A stretch of 64,000 nt of DNA from Candidatus Latescibacterota bacterium (lineage in GTDB: Bacteria; Latescibacterota; UBA2968; UBA8231): contig CBDETY010000003.1 in the NCBI GenBank assembly GCA_965243025.1, positions 5,440,001 to 5,504,000 of the forward strand. The letters run 5' to 3'. This document shows positions 1-9,677 of the stretch, piece after piece. The notes below the pieces were generated by a model. It made no database searches, was not told where the DNA came from, and worked only from the letters and a program-made list of their open reading frames with translations. A program made the translations under genes and the position numbers. Within the stretch, counting starts at the first letter, position 1; each line of letters starts with the position of its first letter.

Positions 1-2
1 TT

Positions 3-617
3 CCCATATCTCGCGGTGATGTGACGGTAACGGAGGTCACAGACGAAGACTTCACGCTGTCCTTCCCCCGCGTCGAGACCAGCGGGACCCTGTTGAAGGT
101 CGCGTTCAAGAACACGGTGCTGAGGGTGGGCACGCGCTTCGCCGGGCTGGCGCTGAATTCCGATGATCTCACCTTCGGCCAGCCGGTAGAAGCGGGGAAC
201 GCGGCGGATCTGAGCCTGCCGGAGCTGCAGGACCCGGACACCGAAGCGATAGGGACGACGATCACGAGCAACCTGTTCGTCGACGTACCGGTGATAGACG
301 CGCTGTTGATAAACGTCTCGGCGGGCTCGGGGATCTTCACGCCGAACGGAGACGGCATCAACGACATCGCGCAGATCGAGTACGACGTCACCAATATCGC
401 CCGCCTCACCGAGGTCACAGTCACGATATTCGATCTTTCCGGGAGAAGGGTGAGATCGTTCACCCAGTCCCAGGACAGCGGTCGTTACGCCCAGGAATGG
501 GACGGGCGCAACGCAGCCGGCACCACCGTGCCGCCGGGCACCTACCTGTACCTCGTAGCGCTCGACGCGGGAACCGGCTTCGAGAAGGTACCGGGGGTAA
601 TCAGCGTCGCGTACTAG
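3..617 (+). CDS. C-terminal part of a secreted protein with a FlgD Ig-like C-terminal domain (5' end outside window)
   Basis: Frame is open from the window edge; motifs FTPNGDGIND, IFDLSGRRVR and WDGRN..G..VPPGTY are typical of FlgD_ig-type CTDs. Confidence 0.8.
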   Translation, partial: PISRGDVTVTEVTDEDFTLSFPRVETSGTLLKVAFKNTVLRVGTRFAGLALNSDDLTFGQPVEAGNAADLSLPELQDPDTEAIGTTITSNLFVDVPVIDALLINVSAGSGIFTPNGDGINDIAQIEYDVTNIARLTEVTVTIFDLSGRRVRSFTQSQDSGRYAQEWDGRNAAGTTVPPGTYLYLVALDAGTGFEKVPGVISVAY

Positions 618-694
618 CACGCCGGCAAACCGCGCCACACGCCGAACCCGGCAGCCAGCCAGACCGGATTAGCCAAATACAGGGAGGGTCTGTC

Positions 695-3505
695 TTGCAC
701 AGCCATCGTAAAGGTCGAGGAGGCGAACTGTACCGCTCGCTCCTGGCCGCTTGCCTGGTGCAGTTCGCACTGAGCGCAACCGCATTCGCCCAGGACTACG
801 GCAGCCGCCTCGGGGTGCAGCGCGGAGGCAGTGTGAGCTTCGAGCCTACCGGGCCGGGAGTAATTTTCGGGGCACTGGACCCGACGGTGCGGCGATGGTA
901 CGTGCCGCAGGAGTTATACAATGAATATGGCTGGCGGCAGTGGGAATACTCCAACTACGCGCGTCAGCCGTACCAGCGGTACGTCAGCACCAATCTCGAG
1001 GGCGGCTACTTCTACGACCTCTTCGGCGATTTCGTCAGCCGCGGCTGGCTGATCTACGACTGGCGCCAGGACCAGCCCGTCAAAGAGGGCAGCAGCATCT
1101 TCAAAGGCTCGAACTTCAACGGCTTCTTCAGCAGCCTCACCGTGAGCAGCGACTCCCAGGGGCAGTACGCGTACGCCATCACCGTCGGCAACCGGATCCG
1201 CAGCACGCTGACGCCGATGACGTTCTCGAAGCCGAATTTCAACGGCGTGCAGATAGACTTTGCCGCAGACAAGTACTCGGCCACGGTCCTCGCTTCGCGA
1301 ATCAGCGACCCCGCCGAGGGCACGACCCTGACTCCGAGGCAGTGGACCAACTCGACGAGCCTCGTAGGGGGGCGGGCGACCATCCAGGTGGGCGACTTCA
1401 TAACCGTGGGTGGAACCCTGGTCGACGCCCGCAACGCCAACACCTCTCTCGACATGTTCTCGGGCAACTTCATCGCCGGCAACCTGACGTCGGGGCAGAG
1501 CAGCACCCCCGTATCGGCGATCGCCATCGTGCTCAGCGACGACTCTCCCGAAGACGGGGAGGGAGGCGCCGCTCTCTTCAGCCACGACATCCGCGTGCGC
1601 ACCAAAGACTTCGAGTCCGGTCTCGAGCAGGTGCTGACCCTCGAACAGGTCGTGCGGCCGGGCGCCGAGTGGCCGGCTATCTTCGGCGGATTCCAGCGCG
1701 AGGGGTTTCTCGCCGCTGACGGCAACGAACGCGTCATCCTCAACTACGACTTCACGGACCCCGCCTACATCGGGCCCGACCTCACGAGCATAATCGACGT
1801 CGAGTTCGAATACCTCGTCGCCAACGATTACAAGATTCAGATGTGGTCGAACCGGCAGACGGGCCGGCGCGACACGCCGCCGTCACCGCTGACGAGCGCC
1901 GTCATCGACGAGTCCGAGCCGGTGCTGCTGACCATCAAGCGCGCCGGCGGCAACATCAAGGACATTTCGAATGTGCGCGTCGTGAAGTTCAACTACGGAC
2001 TGCCGACGGCGAACCTGATCGGCGGTTTCACGATCGAGGGCAAGGACGTGCTGGGGTGGGACTTCTACGGCGAGTGGGACCGCAACAAGCGCTACTCGCA
2101 GTACCCGAACGCGGCCCTGTTCGCCGCCGACGAGGGACATGAGATCTCCTCTGAGACGTCCGAAGCGACCCTGTTCACCATCTCCAAGCAGGAGTACCCC
2201 TACTTCGCCTTCGGCGAGTTCTACTCGATCGACGGCGACTACTCGACCAGCGCCTTCGTCACCGACGCGGAAGGCCAGCTGCGCTACGACTTTCCCCTGC
2301 ATCACGTGTACGAGTTCGTCGAGGACAACGACGACCAGGACAGCCGGCCCGACTGGGCGCGCGTCGGCAACCAGTCGGTCGACAGGCAGGTGTTCCCCGG
2401 TTGGGACGAGAACAACGACTTCATTTCCGATTTCAACCAGAATGACAACGCGTCAGTGCCTAACATCGTACCCGACTACGACGAGCCGTTCCTCAGGCAC
2501 TACGTAGACCGCCCCGAGTTCCTGTTTGGCATCGACCTCAACAACAACGGTTGGATCGACCGCTTCGAGGACGACGAGCTGCCGGACTACCCGTACAAAG
2601 CCGACCGCCGGGGTTACAACGTCTTCGCCGGGTTTCATCTGACGCCGGAATCCCGCGTCTTCGCCGGCCGCGTAGACGAGCGCATGTTCACCGACGATCG
2701 CGACAACCGCACGACGTACGGCATGTTCACCTTCGACAAGGACTACGCCGGCCTCGGCAGGCTGCGGATCTTCGACATGCTGAAGCGCGTCGAAGACACG
2801 ATCCCCGAGGATCGCCGAGCTCCGGCGCCGTTCCGCACGGCGCCGGCCCAGCCGCTCGTCAACGACATCCTCCCGGCGCCCGACACCTGGGTCAACACCG
2901 CCTGGATCGGCTTCGACTACACGGCGATTCCTCGGCTCAAGCTGATCAACAAGCTCAAGTACGAATTCTACAATCACGCCCAGGACGATCCGCGCGACAT
3001 CGACGGACGCCAGCTCCAGGGCGTCACCAACTTCTTCGGCCTCATCAACAAGGTCGAATACAACTACGCGATCGGCGCTCTCGAGCTGCAGCCGAAGCTC
3101 AAGAGCGAGCTGCTGAGCCAGGAGTCGTTCGCCAAGGAGGACGACGATCGCCGTCACTGGACCGGGCTGGCGACGCTGCTGGCTCAAGTGCCCGTTTTGC
3201 GGCGCAGCTCCATCACCGCCGGTGTCGAGCTCGCGCAGTTCGCCGACAGGGAGATCGACGAGGACGAGCTCGTCGACACGGGTCAGGCAGGGGAGACGGG
3301 AGATCAGCGCTCGGCCATCTTCGCGCTGCAGCTGAACAACCTGTCACAATACCTCGGGTACCGGTTGACGACCCAGGTCGGTCTGCGCTTCGGCCGCATT
3401 TTCCGGGAGCTCGTCGAACAGACCGAGCCGGGTGAGTACAAGAAGAAGTTCGAGGGGCGGACGGAGACGACCAGCTTCATAACGATCTATGCGGGAATCG
3501 AGTGA
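695..3505 (+). CDS. Large exported acidic hypothetical protein (paralog 1)
   Basis: TTG at 695 after GGGAGG; signal peptide ending AFA|QDYGSRLG; Asp/Asn-rich motifs DNDDQD, DENNDFISDFNQN, DLNNNGWIDRFEDD. Confidence 0.8.
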   Translation: MHSHRKGRGGELYRSLLAACLVQFALSATAFAQDYGSRLGVQRGGSVSFEPTGPGVIFGALDPTVRRWYVPQELYNEYGWRQWEYSNYARQPYQRYVSTNLEGGYFYDLFGDFVSRGWLIYDWRQDQPVKEGSSIFKGSNFNGFFSSLTVSSDSQGQYAYAITVGNRIRSTLTPMTFSKPNFNGVQIDFAADKYSATVLASRISDPAEGTTLTPRQWTNSTSLVGGRATIQVGDFITVGGTLVDARNANTSLDMFSGNFIAGNLTSGQSSTPVSAIAIVLSDDSPEDGEGGAALFSHDIRVRTKDFESGLEQVLTLEQVVRPGAEWPAIFGGFQREGFLAADGNERVILNYDFTDPAYIGPDLTSIIDVEFEYLVANDYKIQMWSNRQTGRRDTPPSPLTSAVIDESEPVLLTIKRAGGNIKDISNVRVVKFNYGLPTANLIGGFTIEGKDVLGWDFYGEWDRNKRYSQYPNAALFAADEGHEISSETSEATLFTISKQEYPYFAFGEFYSIDGDYSTSAFVTDAEGQLRYDFPLHHVYEFVEDNDDQDSRPDWARVGNQSVDRQVFPGWDENNDFISDFNQNDNASVPNIVPDYDEPFLRHYVDRPEFLFGIDLNNNGWIDRFEDDELPDYPYKADRRGYNVFAGFHLTPESRVFAGRVDERMFTDDRDNRTTYGMFTFDKDYAGLGRLRIFDMLKRVEDTIPEDRRAPAPFRTAPAQPLVNDILPAPDTWVNTAWIGFDYTAIPRLKLINKLKYEFYNHAQDDPRDIDGRQLQGVTNFFGLINKVEYNYAIGALELQPKLKSELLSQESFAKEDDDRRHWTGLATLLAQVPVLRRSSITAGVELAQFADREIDEDELVDTGQAGETGDQRSAIFALQLNNLSQYLGYRLTTQVGLRFGRIFRELVEQTEPGEYKKKFEGRTETTSFITIYAGIE

Positions 3506-6456
3506 TGAGTAGCTGCGCGCGAATTCCTGGAGCAGTTGCCTTCGCGGCGCTGCTCCTCGGCACCGCCGAGATCGAAGCCCAGCAGGACTACGGGACCCGC
3601 CTGGGGTCCCGGGTAGGCGACCGCCAGTTGTACAGGGCGTCCGGCGTCTACAGCTACATGGATGCCCTTGATCCCACTGTCCAGCGCTGGTACCTCGCGC
3701 CCGTTCACTTCAGCCAGTGGGGCCGGCAACAGTGGGAGTACACCAACTGGGCGTCCCGCCGCCAGCGGCGTTACGTCGACGCCGGACTCGAGGGCGATAA
3801 CTACTACGACTTCTTCGGCGACAGGATCACCCAGGGATGGCTCGTCTACGACTGGCGCCAGACGCAGCCGGTCATCTCCGAGGCATCGCGGGTCCGCAAG
3901 GCGAGCCGCTACAACAACTGGTTCAATCGCCTGGTCATCGCCCAGGACCTGAGCGGCGGCCGCGGTTTCTCGTTCGTGCTGGGCGACGAGATCCGCACGA
4001 CGCTGACCCCGATGACCTTCAGCAAGGCCGGTTTCAACGGGCTGGTGACCGAGTACACAGGCGAGCGGTTTCACGCCACCGGTCTGTTCTCGCGCGTGTC
4101 GCGCCCCATGATCAGCGGCGGCACCGGCATTTTTCAGAGTTGGACGAACCTCGCTGCCGGGCGCGCCACCGCCGACGTCACCGACTTTCTCACTCTCGGT
4201 GTCACCTACATCAACGCCCATCACGGCACCGGCTCGGCCGAGGCCTTCGAAAGCAACGCCTTCAAGGGCATCCTGAACGCCGAGCAGCTGTCCGAGCGAC
4301 TCGGCCTGCTCGCGCTGCGCCTCGCCGACGACTCACCCGAAGACGACGAGGGCGGGGCCATTCTCTTCAGCGACGACATCGAGATCTCGACCACGCTGAC
4401 GCGGGAGACCGAGGTCGACGGCGAGATGGTGATGGTCGAAACGGACACGGTGTTTTCGGCCAACTCCGTCGAGTTTCGGCCTCTGATCGAAGGGGGAAAG
4501 CTGCAGCAGGGCTTCCTCACGGCTGACGGCGCCGAAGATATCGTGATGAAATACTTCTTCGCCCCCGAGGAAGGCCAGGACGAGTCGTCGACGCTCAGGG
4601 CCAAGCTGCAGCAGCACCTCGGCCTGACGCTCGACGAGGCGGAGAACGCGATATCGGCGATCGAGAACGTGCGCTTCCGCCTGGTGCTGGCGAACGACTA
4701 CCTGGTGGAGATGAGCTCGAACAGGCAGACCGACCTCTTCGGCGTGCCGCAGTTTCGCGTCGTAACGCGGGCCGACGGCAACATCAAGAACCAGCTGAAC
4801 CAGCGCGAAGTGGTTTTCGACTACGGTATCCCAACGGCAAACCAGATATTCGGATTTACTACCGAGATCCGCGATTTTCACGGGGTCGATTTTTACGGCG
4901 AGGTCAATGTCAACACCGAATACCGGCAGTACCCCGCCATCGGCCGCACCAAACACAAGGCCCTGTCGGGCATCGAGGGCGACCGCAACGCCCTCGGATG
5001 GATGGCCAATCTCTCCTGGAAAGAGGGGCCCTGGTCGGTGTTTGCCGAGGGTTTCGGCATGGACGACGGCTATTCGACGAGCATCAAGCCACTGCGCGAG
5101 AGGGGAACGACAGATTACTCGCCCGAAGCGACCAACCTGCTCTACGACTACGTCGACGACAACGACGACAACGACAGGCACCCCGATCAGCTGCGGGTCG
5201 GCGAGGGCAGCCTGATCCCGCAACGCATCTTTCAGCGGGCCTCGAGCATCGAACTGCGGGGTACCGCCGATCCCGAAGTGTTCCCCGGGTACGACGAAAA
5301 CGGAGACTTCATTTCCGACTTCAATCAGAACAACCTGTTCGACCGCAGGAACTTCTTCCCCGATTACGAAGAACCCTTCCTGCGCTACCGCAGCGACCGA
5401 CCCGAGTTCCTGTTCGGGATGGACCTGAACAACAACGGCTGGGTCGATCGCTTCGAGAACGACGACGAGCCCGACTACCCCTACAAGAAGGACCACTGGG
5501 GCTACAACGTATACGGCGGCGCCGAGATCACGCCGGCGGCGAGATTTCGCGTGGGTCAGCTGCGGCAGGAGATGGAAAAGAGCGAGCGCGAAAACAGGAC
5601 GACGTACGCCATGGTGAGCATGGATGAAGACTTGGCGCAGTGGGGCCGGCTGCGGGTGTTCGACATGCTCAAGAGGACTCAAGACGACATCCCCGATCAC
5701 CTGGTGCAATGGGTCATGCCCCGGGCCGAATTCGGCGCTGCTTCCGAGTCGAGCGGCCGCCTCGAGGCGATTCAAGACCCGCTCGCCGCAGAGGACACCT
5801 GGATCAACACGCTCTACGGCGATTGGAGATACGAAAGCCGCAGCGGGTGGTCGACGTTCCACCGTTTCAAGTGGGAGACCTGGCGGCAGCAGGATGTCGA
5901 CGTCGAGTACCAGCTCGACGATGCCGGAGAACGCGTACTCGACGCCGACGGCGAGCCCATCGTGCTGTTCGACCCACTCGGCCCCGAAGAGCGCAACGGT
6001 CGCAAGACCTCCGGTTTCTTCGGTATCATCAACAAACTCGACCACGTGTTCTTTCTCGGGTCAGTGCGCGTGGATCCGCGGTACAAGAGCGAGTACTTGA
6101 GGGAGACGCCGTTCAGCCTCGGTCTCGACAAGAGGAAGTCATGGGATAACCTGTTCATGCTGCTGACCAGCGTACCCGCGTTCCGGGCCACCGTGTTTCA
6201 AGTCGGCCTGGAACAGCGCTTCTTCGTCAACCTCAGGGGGGACGAAGACGATTTACCGGCGGGCGACTTCACCGGTGACTTCCGCGGCTCCGTGCTGGCC
6301 CTGCAGCTGACTAACAAGAGCCAGTACCTCGGCTACGACCTGACCACCCAGCTCGGCATCCGGCTCGACCGCCGTTCTCTCGAGGTAGTCGATGGCGACC
6401 GTGAAACTCAGACATCGGGACTCTCATTCCTGTCAATTTTCGCGGGGCTCCGATAG
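3505..6456 (+). CDS. Large exported acidic hypothetical protein (paralog 2)
   Basis: TGATG stop/start overlap with the upstream gene; signal peptide then QDYGTRLG; shares motifs with paralog 1 along its length. Confidence 0.85.
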   Translation: MSSCARIPGAVAFAALLLGTAEIEAQQDYGTRLGSRVGDRQLYRASGVYSYMDALDPTVQRWYLAPVHFSQWGRQQWEYTNWASRRQRRYVDAGLEGDNYYDFFGDRITQGWLVYDWRQTQPVISEASRVRKASRYNNWFNRLVIAQDLSGGRGFSFVLGDEIRTTLTPMTFSKAGFNGLVTEYTGERFHATGLFSRVSRPMISGGTGIFQSWTNLAAGRATADVTDFLTLGVTYINAHHGTGSAEAFESNAFKGILNAEQLSERLGLLALRLADDSPEDDEGGAILFSDDIEISTTLTRETEVDGEMVMVETDTVFSANSVEFRPLIEGGKLQQGFLTADGAEDIVMKYFFAPEEGQDESSTLRAKLQQHLGLTLDEAENAISAIENVRFRLVLANDYLVEMSSNRQTDLFGVPQFRVVTRADGNIKNQLNQREVVFDYGIPTANQIFGFTTEIRDFHGVDFYGEVNVNTEYRQYPAIGRTKHKALSGIEGDRNALGWMANLSWKEGPWSVFAEGFGMDDGYSTSIKPLRERGTTDYSPEATNLLYDYVDDNDDNDRHPDQLRVGEGSLIPQRIFQRASSIELRGTADPEVFPGYDENGDFISDFNQNNLFDRRNFFPDYEEPFLRYRSDRPEFLFGMDLNNNGWVDRFENDDEPDYPYKKDHWGYNVYGGAEITPAARFRVGQLRQEMEKSERENRTTYAMVSMDEDLAQWGRLRVFDMLKRTQDDIPDHLVQWVMPRAEFGAASESSGRLEAIQDPLAAEDTWINTLYGDWRYESRSGWSTFHRFKWETWRQQDVDVEYQLDDAGERVLDADGEPIVLFDPLGPEERNGRKTSGFFGIINKLDHVFFLGSVRVDPRYKSEYLRETPFSLGLDKRKSWDNLFMLLTSVPAFRATVFQVGLEQRFFVNLRGDEDDLPAGDFTGDFRGSVLALQLTNKSQYLGYDLTTQLGIRLDRRSLEVVDGDRETQTSGLSFLSIFAGLR

Positions 6457-6469
6457 GAGTCTTCTCTCC

Positions 6470-6482
6470 AAGTTATTGATTT
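6470..6482 (-). promoter_or_regulatory. IHF-like binding site
   Basis: AATCAATAACTTG matches WATCAANNNNTTR; conserved at the equivalent position of the second locus copy (21185-21197). Confidence 0.4.
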
Positions 6483-6597
6483 TGTTCAATTAATGTGTAA
6501 ACATTCAAAATGCACCACATCTTCGTTCAGGATCTGCTACATCGGTATTAGAAATTGCTTGACCTGCCGTGTATAAATCAGTACCTAGTAGCTCTCT

Positions 6598-7382
6598 ACG
6601 GGGATCTCAGCGAGTGGGACATCATTCCCCCCGAGCTGTGGATCACCGAGCAGGACGTCGTCAACAGCTCCGACAGGGTGACGGCCTACACCGGAGACAT
6701 CGATGTCTCCTCCATGTCCTTCCGCTGGGTGCTCAGCTGGAACGACGAGACCAATCGCATCTACTTCGGCTACGAGCGCTTCGACGACAAGCACTGGGGC
6801 GGCGGCGAGCACTACGAGGGCGCCATGGACGCCGACCATAGCGGCGGTACCTTCTGGGATATCGAAGGTATGACCGACGAGGAGGCCCAGCGCCAGCGCG
6901 GTCGCCATGCCCAGATTTTTGGCTGGCATTTCGACTGGGAGGAGAGATGGTCGAACAACTGGATGACGCAGGCCGACTGGTACGACGACCCGCTGTATAC
7001 CGACCACGTCCACCGCGTCGAGGGCGTTCCTGGATCGACTGACGAGACCCGCCTCTTCGCCGAGTGGTACCAGATCTACTGGGACGACTTCAACTGGGAA
7101 GATCCTGAGGGAAGCATCGTGCACGAATTCGAAGACGATCAGATCATCGGCTACAGTGCTCACGTGTACGATAAGGACGATGCTTACGAAGACGAAAACG
7201 GCGAAACCAGAGAAGACTGCAACTGCCACTCGCGCTGGACCCTCAGCCCGAACGTCGAGTCGTTCGGCAATGCCGACTACCTCGCCGACTTCCTCATTCT
7301 GCCGATCGACGACAGCGCCAATTTCGTCACGGCAGTCGAAGAAGACAGCTGGGGCAGAATCAAGGCTTCGCTGGCCAAATAA
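6598..7382 (+). pseudogene. 5'-truncated copy of the 21503-22420 secreted protein gene
   Basis: Identical from GDLSEW onward; RBS, start codon and signal peptide are missing. Confidence 0.85.
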
Positions 7383-7405
7383 TCAGGCTGGCACAGCCGA
7401 TCATG

Positions 7406-7442
7406 AGGGATGGATCCGATTACCGGGTCCATCCCTTTTTTT
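7406..7442 (+). terminator. Rho-independent terminator
   Basis: AGGGATGGATCCG-attac-CGGGTCCATCCCT followed by a T run. Confidence 0.85.
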
Positions 7443-7500
7443 CGTACATTTCGCGGTATCTCGGTGTCTACGCGAAGCACGAACGGAATCAGGTATTACT

Positions 7501-8291
7501 ATGGCTAAACTGACGATGGGGGCGTTCCTAACTAATAGCCTCATGGCTGGCTGGCTACAGTCAGGTCGACGCACTGACCATTTACCGCCTCGGCGGAGAG
7601 GATCTCCCCGCGCCGGAAAAGGCAGAAGAGGTCGGTGTCGACTTCGTTCAGCTGATGTGGGAGGACCTCGACGAGGACCAGTTCGGTAGCGCTCACCAGC
7701 TCGAATTGACGGGATTTGCCGAGCCGGTGCGACTCGACCCCACCGTCAACCTCACGCCGCTTCTCAGGGACCGGGGCGGCGTGGTCAAGTTGAACAACTC
7801 GTACTCCTTCCTCGATCACCCCTCACTGGACTTTCTGTTCGACGGCGACTACGACACCGCCTTCTCCGGGCTGCGGGGGGACCAGAGCGGGAGCGCCTTC
7901 GTCAAATCGATCTGGTTCGGCCTGGGCGGTCTCTTTCCCATCAGCCGGGTGGTGATTCAACCGACAACCGACCACCACCACGACCGGTTCATTCCCGAAT
8001 TCACGTTGGGAACCAACGACGGGGACGAAAAGGAAGAAGGGGACCCGCGAAGGGAGTTACTGGTTTCGCGGCCGCTTCGTCGACTTCGAGATCCGGTTTC
8101 ACCGCAAGGAAAACACCGAATCCGTCCTCGACCTGCACCTGCCCGACGAGCCGATCGAGAACATGTATTTTCTGGCACCGTCGGCAAACTGGGAGATCGC
8201 CGAGCTCGAGATCTACGGCGACGGCTTTGCCTCGCGGGCAAACTACATCTCCAACATCGTCGATCTCGGTGGGCGCTCGAGCCTGGGCAAT
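7501..8291 (+). pseudogene. N-terminal fragment of a secreted protein with two +1 frameshifts, 3'-truncated
   Basis: Removing one base near 7531 gives signal peptide MAKLTMGAFLLIASWLAGYSQVDA|LTIYRLGG; removing one near 8031 restores WEIAELEIYGDGF...YISNIVDLG. Confidence 0.7.
7552..7814 (+). repeat. 263 bp direct repeat, copy 1 (copy 2 at 18317-18579)
   Basis: Identical by eye; offset 10765. Confidence 0.95.
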
Positions 8292-8404
8292 CGACAACTC
8301 CGGTGACATCACAGCGATGCTGATCATTAACGGACGTTCGCTCAACAATGAATTCGCGAGAGTCAGAGATTGATGAGTTCCATTCCAGATGAGCTTCGAG
8401 ATGA
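8292..8404 (+). repeat. Diverged inverted copy of ~22762-22876 (serine hydrolase end / adenylyltransferase start)
   Basis: First ~50 nt match the reverse complement exactly, then scattered substitutions and indels. Confidence 0.85.
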
Positions 8405-8667
8405 TCCTGAGTAAAAGCCAGGCGGCAACCGCAAGAGCAGTCCCAACCAGATAGCCACCAGACAGATTCGAGATGGGATCTAGCAACATCGGCCTATCAC
8501 CCCCACCCGCCACAATACATAGTGCATAGTCCGGTTAAATGGATAGCCCCAACCTGTAGTATCCGAGGCGCGGTGCGCCATTGTAGAAATATCCGATTCC
8601 CGTCCAACATCTCCCACCATTGGCCATCCTTTAAGAGGCGGGTTGTCGCGCAGGGCCATGCGGGCAG

Positions 8668-8962
8668 ACGTATAGGACGTACAAAGGCCCTTTTTTCCTG
8701 AAAGCGCTGGAAGTGATCACGGCTGTCCATATCTCTCACAGGACAGGGGCACAGGTGCCGCTGCCGCTGGCCGAGGGGCTGGATCTGCTAGAAATCCGCC
8801 CGACGGGAGAGTGATCCCGCCGTCCGGAGGGCGTGCTCTCCAACACATCGCTTCGGCTGTCTGGCACGGCAGTTGCAATGTCCGTATGGTAACCGCACGG
8901 GCTGGGTATGCCATGACGACACGATCCATCTGGTGTCTCGCCGGGCTCCTGCCATCAACCCC
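8668..8962 (-). mobile_element. 295 bp non-coding element B, copy 1; IS91/ISCR oriIS-like end
   Basis: Near-identical to 11805-12099 (2 mismatches seen); minus strand ends AAAAAAGGGCCTTTGTACGTCCTATACG, resembling ISCR oriIS ends. Confidence 0.7.
8862..8877 (+). promoter_or_regulatory. Sigma-54 promoter consensus within element B
   Basis: TGGCACGGCAGTTGCA = TGGCACG-N4-TTGCW; also at 11999-12014. Confidence 0.55.
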
Positions 8963-9658
8963 ATGGGATGGGGCGGCATCGCTAAGACCATCGGCGCCTG
9001 GTATCCGCCGCACCGACACGGCACGGTCATGGGGTTCGTAAGCATCAATTTTCAGTTCGGCGGTGTGGCGGCAGCGCTGTTTGCGGGCTTCCTGGTTGCA
9101 CAGGGCGTCGGCTGGACCTGGATCACCAAGTTTCTGGTCGACATCGGCATGGTCAACGTGGATGCTCAGATCAGGACCGCCGTGATCGCGGCACTCGGTG
9201 TGCTCGGGACAGTGCTATTAGGTTGGTATACGGATAAGTACGCAAAAGACGGAGACCGGGCGCGGGCCATGTGGATTATGCTGTCGGGACTGGGATTTTG
9301 CCTTCTGGCGGTCGCATTTTTGGCTAACGCGGGAGAGCAGGCGCATATTACGATCGTGATATTGCTGGGGTTGAGCAGCTTCTGTCTGCTGGGACCTTAT
9401 TCCATGAGTTCCGGATGTATAACCCTCGATATTTCCGGGTCCGAAGGGGCCGGCAGTTGCACCGGCATGATCGACGGTGTCGGATACTTCGGCGCCTCCC
9501 TGGCCACCATCGGCGCGGGTGTGATCTCCGACAGCATGGGCTGGAGCCAGGTGTTTGTTATTCTCGCAATATTAGCATTCATAGCCACCGGTGCTGCTTA
9601 TCTGATGAGCCGGGATTACAGGAAAGAATTGGTTCATTTAAAAACAAACGACCAGTGA
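8963..9658 (+). pseudogene. MFS transporter fragment (GlpT/UhpT-like)
   Basis: WYP..RHG.VMG and G..DG.GY.G motifs with hydrophobic helices; 5' end replaced by element B; central region appears deleted near VGWTWITKF. Confidence 0.7.
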
Positions 9659-9677
9659 GCACTAAGCGTCTTCAACA

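Larger units (their letters stand above)
6598..7487 (+). repeat. 890 bp direct repeat, copy 1 (copy 2 at 21636-22525)
   Basis: No differences seen by eye; offset 15038. Confidence 0.95.

Noticed and set aside
497-694. N-terminal extension of the 1002 aa ORF
   Set aside because: Overlaps the upstream gene; RBS and signal peptide indicate a start at 695
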